From positions 1-50,439 of the IMG/VR virus record IMGVR_UViG_3300028025_001146: DNA of 50,439 bases, one strand, 5' to 3'. This DNA comes from a virus. Taxonomy: Duplodnaviria > Caudoviricetes. Below, one piece after another: positions 7,637-18,050 of the stretch (position 1 is its first letter; each line of letters begins with the position of its first letter). Position numbers and translations under genes: made by a program. Below the pieces are notes generated by a model. That model was not told the origin of the DNA. It saw only the letters and a program-made list of their open reading frames with translations, and ran no database searches.

Positions 7637-10600
7637 ATGGCTGATCGTTACTGGGTAGGTGGGGCGGGAACATGGAACACCACCAGCACTACAAACTGGT
7701 CCGCATCAACTGGCGGAGCTAGTGGCGCATCTGTCCCTACCGTAGCGGACAACGTCATCTTTGATCAGGCAGGCACCTACACCGTCACGATGACGGGCGC
7801 TTTGGCGTGTCTAAACATCACCGTCTCCGCAGGCACCGTCACCTTTGCCACTGGCACATCTCCCACGCTAAACATTCGCGGCTCTATGTCGCTGTTGGCG
7901 GGGACGGTGTGGAGTTCCACGGCGGATATTACGTTTAGCAGCACCACAACGGGACAAACAATTACGACCAACGGCGTTAGCTTGGCTGGCAGATTGTTTT
8001 TTAACGGGATTGGTGGGTATTGGACGCTAGGTAGCGCGCTAACATCAACAAACGCTAGCGACTCCGGCTTTGGGGCGGGGACGTTTGATACGGCTGGGTT
8101 TGCATTAACATGTGCTGGTTTTAACCTTAGCTTTGCTTCAAACAATCGAACAATTAAATTAAATAATTCAACGGTTACCCTAAATGGCGGCATATTTTTA
8201 TCTGGCGGCTCTTCTACATTAACATTTGATGCCGGAACATCTCAAATAAATATAACAACGGCGACAAGCAATATTTCAAACAACAGTGTTGCTCCGGCAA
8301 TCACATTAAATTTTTACAACTTTGCGTTTACCTCTTCAGCGGCAGGTAGCCGTTCAATATCTGGCGTCAACACGTTTAACAACTTTGCAGTTACTGGCCC
8401 TGCCGCCGTAGGCACAACAACCGTCTCTTTTGTGGACCAGCAGACCATCAACGGCACCCTGTCCACCACGGGCACGGCAGGCAACCGGCGGGTGTTCTTT
8501 GCCTCCGCTACTTACGGTATCTCTGAAGACCTCGTAGTCAACTCTGCCCCCAGCCTGACAGACGCAGACTTCCGGGGGCTCTATGTCAGGGGCACATCGG
8601 CCCCCATCAGCGGCACACGAATCGGCAACCGTGGCGAGTGCAGGGGCATCACGTTCGATGCGCCAAAGACGGTGTATTGGAACTTGGCAGGCGCTCAGAA
8701 CTGGAGCGCCAACGGGTGGGCTACGACCTCTACTGGAACGCCGTCTACAGACAACTTCCCTTTGCCGCAGGACACCGCCACATTTACCAACGCTGGCTCC
8801 GTGACAGGCACGATTACGCTGGATACGGCCATTGGATACGTGTCAAACGTAGACATGTCAGGCCGCACAACAGCCATGACCATCAGTCTTGCCAACGCCA
8901 TTACTGTCTACGGGAGCTGGGCAAATGGCTCTGGTACAGCGTTTACTGGGACAAATGCGTTTACATTTTCCGGTGGAACAACACAAATTATTACAAGCGC
9001 CGGAGTTGCATTCCCAAATAGTATTTTTATAAATACTTATGGTGGAACAGTTAAGCTGGGGGATGGGTTTGTTTCTACCGCTATATTTTATTTAACCAAC
9101 GGAACACTTGACACAGATGGGAAAAGTTTTAATGTTGGGGCATTAAACTTTGATGTTAGTGGTATAAAAAGGGCTTTGTATCTTAGAAACTCTTCTGTCA
9201 CTGTTGGCGGAATAGATAGCTCTGGCATAACACCGGCTGGGCTAACATTTGATGCCGGTACATCTACGATAAACTTTACACAAAACGGACCGGGCGTTAA
9301 TTTACAGTATTATGATGCAGTATTTACTGCTCCAATATCAGTTGGCTTTGGCTATTTATATGGATCGTTTAGAAATCTGACTGTTACTACCGATGGAGCG
9401 GCTGGCGTTTATTATGCCTATACAACAGGCAACACAATAAGCGGCACATTGTCCATATCTAGCGCAAGCGCTATTTCAAGGTTTCTTCTTCGAACCAATA
9501 CGTTAGGCACATCGGCCACTATCTCTGCCGCTAGTGTCTCGACATTGTCAGATGTTGATTTTGTAGATATAGCGTTTACTACATCGGTTTCTGGTACCCG
9601 CCTTGGGGATGGCGGCGGCAATGCCAACATCACATTCCCTGCGCCAAAAACTGTCTATTGGAATCTGGCCGGGGCGCAAAGTTGGTATTCTGCTGGATGG
9701 GCTACAAGCTCTGGAGGCGCACCAGCAGCAAACAATTTTCCTTTGCTCCAAGATACGGCAGTTTTTGACAATGCCGGGAGCGTAACTGGAACAATAACCA
9801 TACCGTTTTATGGCCATGTGGGCACTATAAATGCTAGTGCTAGAACCACGGCTATGACGTTGGCAATTAGCGCAGGCGTAGATGCTTCTATTTTTGGAGA
9901 TTTAATTCTTGGAACCGGAGTTACAACTAGCGGATCGGGCTCGTCGCTAAGTTTTATTGGTCGTACTACACAAACAATAACGCCTAATGGAAGAACCATT
10001 GTTTGGGCGCCAATTATTGCAAAGTCAACAATTCCAAGTTTACCAGTTACACAGCTTGGAGGCGCATTAACTGTCACTGCAAGCTCCGGTATAAGTATTT
10101 CTGGAAATTTTGACGCAGTTACATATAACGTTACAACGACATCGCTCTCGCTATCTACTGGGACTTTGACAATGGGTTCTGGTACATGGACATTATCAAG
10201 TACTGGTAATGTCTGGACATACATTTCTGGAACGATTTTAAAAGGCACGGCAAATATTGTTCTTTCAAGCACCAGTACGGTGGGGAGAACTTTTAATGGC
10301 GGTGCAAATTCGTACAACCGCCTGACTATTGGCGGAGCCACTGGAACGTCAACTACAACCATTCTTGGAAACAACACATTCACCGAGTTGGCGTCCACCA
10401 AAACTGTTGCACATACGATTGCGCTTGGAACTACGGCCCAGACATTTGGCGCATGGACGGTAACAGGAACCTTGGGTAACGTAGTCACCGTTAGCGGCAC
10501 TGGAACAAACCATGTCATTGCGGGACCAAGGGTTTCAGGTGTGAACTACTTGGCGATGGGTTCGATTGGCTTTACAACAAGCCCCGCAGAGTTCTACGCT

Positions 10601-13600
10601 GGCGTGAACTCAACGGGAACTGGTTCCGGCGTGATCTTGACAGCCGCTCCTGCTGCCCGCACTCTTTATTGGCGGGGTGGCACGGGCAACTGGTCAGATA
10701 CGACCAAATGGGATACTGCCTCCGGCGGTCCCGGCCCTGCTGCCATTCCAACCTCAGCAGACGCAGTAATTTTTAATTCTGCCTCAAATGCCACAGCATA
10801 TACGGCTACGGTTTCTGGTGTCAGCATTGCAAGGTGCGCCTCCTTCAATATAGCTGGCCCAGCAACGGGTAACGTTACTTTTGCGGGCAGCGTGCCAATT
10901 GCTTTTCATGGCGATGTTACGGTTGCTGCGACTGGCGTTACTCGCACATATACTGGGACAATAAATTTGTCTGGTAACGCTAGTCGCACGATTACAACCA
11001 ACGCCGTCACTTTTGCGTCAAACATTACAGTTAACGGTATCGGTTCAACTTGGTCGCTTGGTAGTGCATTGAATATTGGCTCCAGTGGATTAACTGTTAC
11101 AAACGGTTCTTTTGACACGTCCGTAAGCAATTACGCGCTGACTCTTGGTACGATATCTTCTGCAAATTCAAATACTCGCTCCATCACGCTGAATGGCTCG
11201 GCAGTATCTGTTAGTGGCAGTTCTTCTTCGGCTATATTTATCAGCCTGATAAATAATTTAACATTTAACGCCGGGTCATCGCAGATTAACCTAACCAGCG
11301 CAACAACCGGCATAGCATCTGGTGGACTGACATTTAATAATGTTGCATTTACAAACTCTGCATCTGCAACCACGATAGCAATTACCGGCGCAAACACATT
11401 TAACACCTTGTCGTTTGTCGGTCGGGGCACTGTTGGCGTCAACAGGGCTACCTTTTCGGCCAATCAAACAATCTCCACGCTGACCTTGAACGCGGGGACG
11501 ACTGCTGCATACCGTACCATGCTGCAATCCGACGCGATTGGAACTACGCGGACTTTAGCGGTGACCACGCTGACGGCGGGAGCCGCCGACTACGATTTCA
11601 GGGACATTGCCATCACGGGATCGGCTGCGCCTCTGTCGGTTACACGGGCCGGAGATTGCAAGGGCAACAGCGGCATCACATTTTCTGCGGCCAAAACAGT
11701 TTATTACCGGCAAACTGGGTCGGCTGACTGGGGTACTGCAAGCCCGGGGTCTTGGTCATTGACTAGTGGCGGGGCTTTTGATGATACCGCCTTCCCCCTC
11801 CCTCAAGACACTGCCGTTTTCCCTGCCACGACCTATCCGGCCTCAGGCTCTACCACCACCATTCCCAACGGCTACAACATTGGCACCATTGATATGTCGT
11901 TACGCACGACAAACACAATGACGCTGGCGACGACAACTACCACCCTGACGATTTATGGGGACTGGATTAACGGCACCGGCATAACTTTGTCGGGGACGAC
12001 AAATATTACTTTTCCCGGGAGGGGTAGTCAGACAATCACCAGCGCTGGAAGAACATTTACGCAAGCGTTTACCATTGACACCCCCGGCGGATCGGTCACG
12101 CTACAGGACAACTTGGTAGCAAGTCAATCTTTAGCTGGAGTATTGACTCTAACGAAAGGGACATTTGATGCAAACACATCTAATGTCACTTTGTCCGGCG
12201 CGGCTTCATCTGTTAATGCTTCTGGAACTGGAACAAGAACAATAGCTATTGGCTCTGGAACATGGTCAATTGCAGGGACAGGAGGCTGGAATGCTGCTAC
12301 GGCAACTAATCTTTCCGTAACAGGCACCGGTACCATTAGCCTGACAAGTGCGTCCGCCAAAACATTTGCTGGCGGAAACGCCTCTTACTCCGGCATTACG
12401 CTTGACCAAGGCGGTGCGGGCGCCTTGACTATCACCGGCAACAACACCTTCAAGACAATTTCCAATACGTACAGCGCCACGGGCGCTACGTCCATCTCGC
12501 TTGGTAACACTAGGCAGACCCTGACTAACCCTTGGACTGCCACAGGGGCGGCTACTCGGGTTTTGACTGTTAGTGGAACATCCGCCGCATCCCCGGCCAC
12601 ATTGGTTTACACCGGAGCAGGGGAGGCGGCAAATACGGTTGATTACTTGGCCATCAATAACGTTAGGGCGTATGACCTGACCGACGAGTGGTACGCGGGC
12701 GCTAACTCTACCAACGGGGGTTCGCTAGGCTGGTACTTTGTTGCCGCAGGCGGCACGGTATACGCCGCCACAATCATTGAAACGGGAACTGGCACAGATA
12801 GCGTCGTTGCCGGACTTGTTTATCTTGGCACCGTATCGGAGCTTGCCACTAGCTCAGACGCATTTGCTGCCGCCGCCAGCTTTCGCGGGAGCATTTCCGA
12901 AACCGGCACCGGGGCCGACACCATCTCCGCCCAGTCGGCCTTTGGCTCTGCAATTCTTGAGTCCGCGACGATTGCCGATACCAACCTAGCCCGGTTGATT
13001 GCTCTGGCAACAATAACCGAGTCCGCCACGGGAACGGACGCAATTAGCGCTTTGCAGGCGTTGGCTGCGGCGGTTGCTGAGACAGCCACGATCACAGATA
13101 GCCTGTCCGCCCGTGCGGTGTTTATTGGGCTTCTCCAAGAGGCTGCTACCGCCCAAGACTCTGTCAACGCAGCGGGCTCCATCTACAACATCCTGATGCA
13201 GGAGCTTGCAACGGCTCAGGATGCAATAACCGCCAACGCCGCGTTCCAATCCAGCTTGGCCGAGACCGCCACTGGCACGGAAGTCAACAACGCAGCCTTT
13301 ATCCCCTTGGCCACGATCAGTGAGTCGGCCACGATCACGGACGTAGCCAGCGCACTCCAAGCGTTTGCTGCCAGCATTTCCGAGACCTCTGCCGCCTCGG
13401 ACGTGGTTCTGGTGGCCCCGTCGATCTTCAATGCTATTGCGGTTGCTGCTGCCACAGCCATAGACAACTTCAACCCGGCGGGCAGCATCTACAACGTCAC
13501 CGTCCCTGAGAGCGCCACCCTGTCCGACAGCGTGATCGGGGCGTTCCTGTGGAACATCATTGATGACGCCCAGAACGTCACTTGGAACCTTGTCGATGCC

Positions 13601-14698
13601 GCGCAGCCTGCAACTTGGGCGCATGTCGAGGCATCTCAGGCCAGTGACTGGAACATCATCCCGATCACGGGAGTGCTTGGATCGACTTGGTCTTCGTCTG
13701 CGGCGGGTGGCGGCACGGCGATCCTGCTCAACACGTCGCGCTCGCCTGACGGCTATCAGTTTTATGCCGTCAATAGCTATGGTGTCTGGACGGTGCAGCG
13801 CTTCCCGATTGTTGGGCTGTTTAGGGCCGTTAGCTACCTCAACAACCAGTATTTTGTCTATAGCTCTCCCACTATTACTTCGGGGAGTGTGTTGCTTCGC
13901 AGCACAGATGCACTGACGTGGACCCCGGTAACGACCCTGCCTTCTAGCGCCTCCCAAGTCACCGGAATGTTTGCCAATGGTTCGACGATTGTTGCGGTTT
14001 ACAACGGCCAGACATACGTGACCACGGACAACTGCGCCACATGGACGGCGGGGTCGGCCATGCCAAGTGCGCTTCAAGGCAGTATTGTTGGGCTGAATTA
14101 CGGCGCGGGCCTCTACATTTTGTGCGATGGGCGGCGCATCTTCTCCAGCCCTGATGCGCTGACGTGGACTACTCGCGCAACAATTACGTACAGCTTAGGA
14201 GCCTCTGGGTATCGCGGCACTGTGGCATGGGACGGCTCCAGATTTGCGGTGGTGGCTCGATCTAGCACCGCCTCAGTAGCGCCAGCTTTCCGCACAAGCA
14301 CCAACGGCACTACATGGACGACGTTTACCCCGCCAGCACCTATTAGCTCGCAGGCTGTTGCGGTTCTATGGGATGGCGCGCAGTTTGTCTTTGTTTGCGG
14401 CGGTGCGGGAGCTACCCCGGCCTCGTTCTATTCGGCTAACTCCACGCTAACGACGTTTACCCTGCTTGGTAGTGTGCCGGGTTTCTTCTACGTTCCAACC
14501 TCTTTGGCCCAATACTTGTTTGGCAAGTTTGGCAGCCAATACGTTATTCCGGGGTTTGCCTCTCCCAACAATGGGCCGTTTTACACGTCGCCCAACTTCT
14601 CGACATTCAACGCGGTTATCCCTCCGCTCCCAACGGATGCTTGGGGTAACATCGCAACAGATCAGACGCAAACGTGGGGCATCATTCCCCAACAGTGA
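7637..14698 (+). CDS. giant tail fibre/adhesin with five ~335-aa repeats, a stalk and an Asp-box domain
   Basis: 2353-aa T/G/S/A-rich ORF; repeated YW...W...P...D.A.F units; SxDxxTW boxes near the C-terminus. Confidence 0.8.
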   Translation: MADRYWVGGAGTWNTTSTTNWSASTGGASGASVPTVADNVIFDQAGTYTVTMTGALACLNITVSAGTVTFATGTSPTLNIRGSMSLLAGTVWSSTADITFSSTTTGQTITTNGVSLAGRLFFNGIGGYWTLGSALTSTNASDSGFGAGTFDTAGFALTCAGFNLSFASNNRTIKLNNSTVTLNGGIFLSGGSSTLTFDAGTSQINITTATSNISNNSVAPAITLNFYNFAFTSSAAGSRSISGVNTFNNFAVTGPAAVGTTTVSFVDQQTINGTLSTTGTAGNRRVFFASATYGISEDLVVNSAPSLTDADFRGLYVRGTSAPISGTRIGNRGECRGITFDAPKTVYWNLAGAQNWSANGWATTSTGTPSTDNFPLPQDTATFTNAGSVTGTITLDTAIGYVSNVDMSGRTTAMTISLANAITVYGSWANGSGTAFTGTNAFTFSGGTTQIITSAGVAFPNSIFINTYGGTVKLGDGFVSTAIFYLTNGTLDTDGKSFNVGALNFDVSGIKRALYLRNSSVTVGGIDSSGITPAGLTFDAGTSTINFTQNGPGVNLQYYDAVFTAPISVGFGYLYGSFRNLTVTTDGAAGVYYAYTTGNTISGTLSISSASAISRFLLRTNTLGTSATISAASVSTLSDVDFVDIAFTTSVSGTRLGDGGGNANITFPAPKTVYWNLAGAQSWYSAGWATSSGGAPAANNFPLLQDTAVFDNAGSVTGTITIPFYGHVGTINASARTTAMTLAISAGVDASIFGDLILGTGVTTSGSGSSLSFIGRTTQTITPNGRTIVWAPIIAKSTIPSLPVTQLGGALTVTASSGISISGNFDAVTYNVTTTSLSLSTGTLTMGSGTWTLSSTGNVWTYISGTILKGTANIVLSSTSTVGRTFNGGANSYNRLTIGGATGTSTTTILGNNTFTELASTKTVAHTIALGTTAQTFGAWTVTGTLGNVVTVSGTGTNHVIAGPRVSGVNYLAMGSIGFTTSPAEFYAGVNSTGTGSGVILTAAPAARTLYWRGGTGNWSDTTKWDTASGGPGPAAIPTSADAVIFNSASNATAYTATVSGVSIARCASFNIAGPATGNVTFAGSVPIAFHGDVTVAATGVTRTYTGTINLSGNASRTITTNAVTFASNITVNGIGSTWSLGSALNIGSSGLTVTNGSFDTSVSNYALTLGTISSANSNTRSITLNGSAVSVSGSSSSAIFISLINNLTFNAGSSQINLTSATTGIASGGLTFNNVAFTNSASATTIAITGANTFNTLSFVGRGTVGVNRATFSANQTISTLTLNAGTTAAYRTMLQSDAIGTTRTLAVTTLTAGAADYDFRDIAITGSAAPLSVTRAGDCKGNSGITFSAAKTVYYRQTGSADWGTASPGSWSLTSGGAFDDTAFPLPQDTAVFPATTYPASGSTTTIPNGYNIGTIDMSLRTTNTMTLATTTTTLTIYGDWINGTGITLSGTTNITFPGRGSQTITSAGRTFTQAFTIDTPGGSVTLQDNLVASQSLAGVLTLTKGTFDANTSNVTLSGAASSVNASGTGTRTIAIGSGTWSIAGTGGWNAATATNLSVTGTGTISLTSASAKTFAGGNASYSGITLDQGGAGALTITGNNTFKTISNTYSATGATSISLGNTRQTLTNPWTATGAATRVLTVSGTSAASPATLVYTGAGEAANTVDYLAINNVRAYDLTDEWYAGANSTNGGSLGWYFVAAGGTVYAATIIETGTGTDSVVAGLVYLGTVSELATSSDAFAAAASFRGSISETGTGADTISAQSAFGSAILESATIADTNLARLIALATITESATGTDAISALQALAAAVAETATITDSLSARAVFIGLLQEAATAQDSVNAAGSIYNILMQELATAQDAITANAAFQSSLAETATGTEVNNAAFIPLATISESATITDVASALQAFAASISETSAASDVVLVAPSIFNAIAVAAATAIDNFNPAGSIYNVTVPESATLSDSVIGAFLWNIIDDAQNVTWNLVDAAQPATWAHVEASQASDWNIIPITGVLGSTWSSSAAGGGTAILLNTSRSPDGYQFYAVNSYGVWTVQRFPIVGLFRAVSYLNNQYFVYSSPTITSGSVLLRSTDALTWTPVTTLPSSASQVTGMFANGSTIVAVYNGQTYVTTDNCATWTAGSAMPSALQGSIVGLNYGAGLYILCDGRRIFSSPDALTWTTRATITYSLGASGYRGTVAWDGSRFAVVARSSTASVAPAFRTSTNGTTWTTFTPPAPISSQAVAVLWDGAQFVFVCGGAGATPASFYSANSTLTTFTLLGSVPGFFYVPTSLAQYLFGKFGSQYVIPGFASPNNGPFYTSPNFSTFNAVIPPLPTDAWGNIATDQTQTWGIIPQQ

Positions 14699-14718
14699 CA
14701 ACTCGTAAGGAGCTATAA

Positions 14719-15750
14719 ATGGCTTACTCAGACATTCTGCGCATTGACCTAATCGCCACGGGCACGCAAGCCGGTGTGTGGGGCACCACGACCAACACTA
14801 ACCTTGGCACCATCATTGAGGATGCGATTGCTGGGTATGTGGCTGTCAGCGTCACCAGCGCCAATCAGGCTTTCACCATTGTGGACGGTGCGGCTGACCA
14901 AGCACGCAACGCCATGATCCGCCTGACGACAACCACGGCGGCAAACTTTGCGGTCTACGCGCCGCCGGTTTCCAAATCCTACGTCATCCAGAACGGCAGC
15001 GCTTACACGGCCACGATCTACAACTCGACTGTCTCCGGAAACACAACTGCGGCCGGTGCGGGCGTGGCCGTCCCCGCTGGTAAGACCATGACGGTTTGGT
15101 CAAACGCCACCGACTTCTTGGTGCAGAACAGCCATGTGATTGGTACGGTGGTGGGGAACGTGACGGGCGACCTTACTGGCAACGTCACGGGCAACGTGAC
15201 TGGGAATACCAACGGGGTTGTTACGGCTACTGCGGGCTCGACTGCGGTTACCGCTTCTGTTGGGGATAACGACACCTCTATTGCAACGACCGCTTTTGTT
15301 CAAACAGCTCTTCAAGCACTGCACCCAGTAGGCTCCATCTATATCAACGCGACAAATTCCACCAACCCAGGGACGCTGTTGGGCTTTGGTACGTGGACAG
15401 CGTTTGGTGCAGGCCGAGTGCCAGTGGGCTTTGACTCTGGCAACGCGTTGTTTGATACTGCTGAAGAGACTGGCGGTAGTGCGGATGCAATTACCGTCAG
15501 CCACACCCACACGGCGACATCGACTGACTCGGGCCATACGCACACCGGATCGTTGACGCAAAGTACAAAATCTGGAAATGGCCCGACATCCGTAGTTTCT
15601 AGTAGTGAGAGCTTGGTGGCTAACTACGGCTTCACCACTGCCAGCGGCACCGCCAACATCACGACCACGGTGGCCTCAACTGGTTCGTCAGGCACCAACG
15701 CCAACTACCAGCCGTACATCACCGTGTACATGTGGAAACGCACGGTTTAA
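14719..15750 (+). CDS. tail fibre protein with C-terminal gp10/collar-like domain
   Basis: SD AAGGAG; GNVTG repeats; HPVGSIY...FGTW...GRVPVG...QPYITVYMWKRT. Confidence 0.8.
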   Translation: MAYSDILRIDLIATGTQAGVWGTTTNTNLGTIIEDAIAGYVAVSVTSANQAFTIVDGAADQARNAMIRLTTTTAANFAVYAPPVSKSYVIQNGSAYTATIYNSTVSGNTTAAGAGVAVPAGKTMTVWSNATDFLVQNSHVIGTVVGNVTGDLTGNVTGNVTGNTNGVVTATAGSTAVTASVGDNDTSIATTAFVQTALQALHPVGSIYINATNSTNPGTLLGFGTWTAFGAGRVPVGFDSGNALFDTAEETGGSADAITVSHTHTATSTDSGHTHTGSLTQSTKSGNGPTSVVSSSESLVANYGFTTASGTANITTTVASTGSSGTNANYQPYITVYMWKRTV

Positions 15751-15759
15751 GGTTTCATC

Positions 15760-16230
15760 ATGATCATGATCGACCCGATTGCAGCCCTTGAGGCCGTCAA
15801 CAAGGCGGTCAAGATGGTCAAAATGGCAAGTCAAACTGCGACCGATGTAGCGCAGTTGGGGCCATTGCTGGGTAATTATTTTGATTGCAAAGCGACCGCC
15901 ACCAAAGCGGCACGGCAAGCAAAGAAAAAAGGCGGTAGCAATCTCGGCGCCGCTATGCAAATCGAGATGGCGCTCAAGGCTCAGGCGGACTTTGAGCGCG
16001 AGGTGCAGGGGCTTTTCTTCTCCAGCAACAACATGGACATCTGGCACCAAATTAAAAAAAGGGAAGCCGAGATGAACGCCGAGGACAAAGCCGAGGCAGA
16101 GCAGGAGAAGATTGCGGAGATCAGGCGTCAGCGAGAGATGCAGGAGTACAGGGACATCGGCATCGCGGCGGCCATTGCTGCGGTCCTTCTCGGTGCGGTT
16201 GGATGGGTGTTAGTAAAAATCATCTTCTGA
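15760..16230 (+). CDS. hypothetical protein with coiled coil and C-terminal TM helix
   Basis: 156 aa; hydrophobic C-terminus. Confidence 0.7.
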   Translation: MIMIDPIAALEAVNKAVKMVKMASQTATDVAQLGPLLGNYFDCKATATKAARQAKKKGGSNLGAAMQIEMALKAQADFEREVQGLFFSSNNMDIWHQIKKREAEMNAEDKAEAEQEKIAEIRRQREMQEYRDIGIAAAIAAVLLGAVGWVLVKIIF

Positions 16231-16237
16231 CTATGAG

Positions 16238-16411
16238 ATGCCCCGTAAACCCGTCGATATCCATCTCATCCTTATCGATGCAATGGAAAAGTGGATCAAA
16301 GTCATCTGCTACCTCATCTTCATCAACTTTTCCTTCGACTTCATCATCACCTTGCCCCCTGAGATCGCCAACCGTATCTTTTCCATGATTTTCCAAAAGC
16401 TGGGCATATGA
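16238..16411 (+). CDS. small membrane protein (57 aa, not in ORF track)
   Basis: MPRKPVDIHLILIDAMEKWIKVICYLIFINF...; ATGA overlap with next gene. Confidence 0.6.
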   Translation: MPRKPVDIHLILIDAMEKWIKVICYLIFINFSFDFIITLPPEIANRIFSMIFQKLGI

Positions 16412-17025
16412 GCGACGAAAAGATCAACCACAACAGCCTGATCGACAAGGTCCTCGGGTATGTGGACTCGCCGTTTAAATTGTTTGCCATCGTGCTGATG
16501 GCTGTCTTCGCGTTCGTGGGGTACTTTGTCTGGCAGAACCAAGAGTTCCTGATCGGCGCATACAAGGAGCAGAAGAAGCTGCCCACGATTGCCGAAGACA
16601 GGGTGGAGGACGTGGCGGCGCATCTGTTCAAAAACACTGACGCTGTGGTTGTGGCAATTTTCAAAGTCAATCCGATCTTTGGCACTCGCGTGCTGCATAG
16701 GGCATACACCAAGGATGGGCGAGACAAGACTCACGAGGGGTTAGATGTCGGCCTATTTACCCCTAATGCTTCCAATAACCGGGATGTTGTAGCGTTGATG
16801 GCAGGAGAGATTCCGTGCAGCGCGTATAAAACTGCTCAGTCCGAAATCGGGTTGTGGTATATCGAAAAAGGCGTGACCTACGGCTGCCGAGTCAGCGTCC
16901 CGCCTGAGCAGGGCAAGTTTGTGGGGCAGATCACCGTGGGCTGGAAAGAGGAGCCACCGGATGTAGATGCGTACCGTGTTCTTTTGCAAATCGCAGCAAC
17001 CATGCTTTCAAGGAGCAAACAGTAA
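16408..17025 (+). CDS. single-TM protein with a soluble C-terminal domain (T4 holin T-like topology)
   Basis: one N-proximal TM, two Cys, C-terminal YGCRVSVP...VGQITVGW; in the lysis cluster. Confidence 0.5.
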   Translation: MSDEKINHNSLIDKVLGYVDSPFKLFAIVLMAVFAFVGYFVWQNQEFLIGAYKEQKKLPTIAEDRVEDVAAHLFKNTDAVVVAIFKVNPIFGTRVLHRAYTKDGRDKTHEGLDVGLFTPNASNNRDVVALMAGEIPCSAYKTAQSEIGLWYIEKGVTYGCRVSVPPEQGKFVGQITVGWKEEPPDVDAYRVLLQIAATMLSRSKQ

Positions 17026-17522
17026 TGGAATGGCTTAAACAGATCGCCCCCACTATCGCTACTGCGATGGGTGGCCCCTTGGCCGGTATGGCCGTCTCTG
17101 CAATCTCCAAGGCCATCGGCGTAGAACCCGAGAAGGTCGGAGACATGATCTCCAACAACAAACTGACCGCCGAGCAGATCGCGCAGGTCAAGATAGCTGA
17201 GATTGAACTGCAAAAGCAGGCCAACGAACTGGGCCTGAACTTTGAAAAGCTGTCGGTAGAAGACCGCAAATCCGCTCGGGAGATGCAGGCCACTACCCGC
17301 TCCATCGTGCCCCCTGCCCTGGCCGCGATTGTCACCGTCGGCTTCTTCGGCATCATGGTGATGATGCTGCTGGGCAAAGTGGACTCCAACAACCCCGCTA
17401 TCCTGATGATGTTGGGCTCCCTTGGCACCGCATGGACAGGCATCATCGCCTACTATTTTGGCTCCAGCGCAGGCTCCCAAGCCAAGACCGATCTTCTCTC
17501 TAAGGCACCAGCAATCAAATGA
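17025..17522 (+). CDS. holin (3TM, GTA-type-like)
   Basis: APTIATAMGGPLAG, DRKSAREM, YYFGSSAGS; directly upstream of the endolysin. Confidence 0.75.
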   Translation: MEWLKQIAPTIATAMGGPLAGMAVSAISKAIGVEPEKVGDMISNNKLTAEQIAQVKIAEIELQKQANELGLNFEKLSVEDRKSAREMQATTRSIVPPALAAIVTVGFFGIMVMMLLGKVDSNNPAILMMLGSLGTAWTGIIAYYFGSSAGSQAKTDLLSKAPAIK

Positions 17523-18040
17523 AAGAAAACTTCGACTCCGCTCTTGAAGCCATCCTCCACCACGAGGGTGGCTATGTAAATCACCCGGCTGACCCCGGCG
17601 GCATGACCAATCTGGGCGTGACAAAGCGCGTCTGGGAAGAATGGGTCGGCCACGAGGTGGACGAGAAAACCATGCGGGCGCTGACCCCTGAGATTGTTGG
17701 CCCTATGTACAAGGCCAAGTACTGGGACAAGATCAAGGGCGACGATCTCCCTGCCGGGGTGGACTACATCGTGTTTGATGCCGCCATTAACTCTGGCCCG
17801 GGTCGGGCGGCTAAGTGGCTACAGCAAACCGTGGGGGCGATTCCAGACGGGATGATTGGCCCCGGAACGCTGGGTAAGGTGGCGGCTATGCCTGCGGACG
17901 ATATTGTGGAAAAATACCAGCAAACCCGCTTGGAGTTTCTGCGGTCCCTGTCAACTTGGAACACCTTTGGTAAGGGGTGGGGTCGCCGGGTCCAAGAGGT
18001 CCAAGTCACTGCCGCCAAGATGACCGAATCTGCGGCGTAA
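17519..18040 (+). CDS. endolysin, glycoside hydrolase family 108 with C-terminal peptidoglycan-binding domain
   Basis: HEGGYVNHPADPGGMTNLGVT, FDAAINSG, FGKGWGRRV. Confidence 0.92.
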   Translation: MKENFDSALEAILHHEGGYVNHPADPGGMTNLGVTKRVWEEWVGHEVDEKTMRALTPEIVGPMYKAKYWDKIKGDDLPAGVDYIVFDAAINSGPGRAAKWLQQTVGAIPDGMIGPGTLGKVAAMPADDIVEKYQQTRLEFLRSLSTWNTFGKGWGRRVQEVQVTAAKMTESAA

Positions 18041-18050
18041 GGACGCACTC

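Noticed and set aside
12986-14077. Long antisense ORFs (363 aa here; also 5370-6149, 19152-19934, 29804-30538)
   Set aside because: Shadow ORFs opposite well-supported genes in GC-rich sequence, with no motifs or RBS.
7637-15750. Diversity-generating retroelement acting on tail fibres
   Set aside because: No reverse transcriptase in the window, and no TR/VR pair differing only at adenines was noticed.
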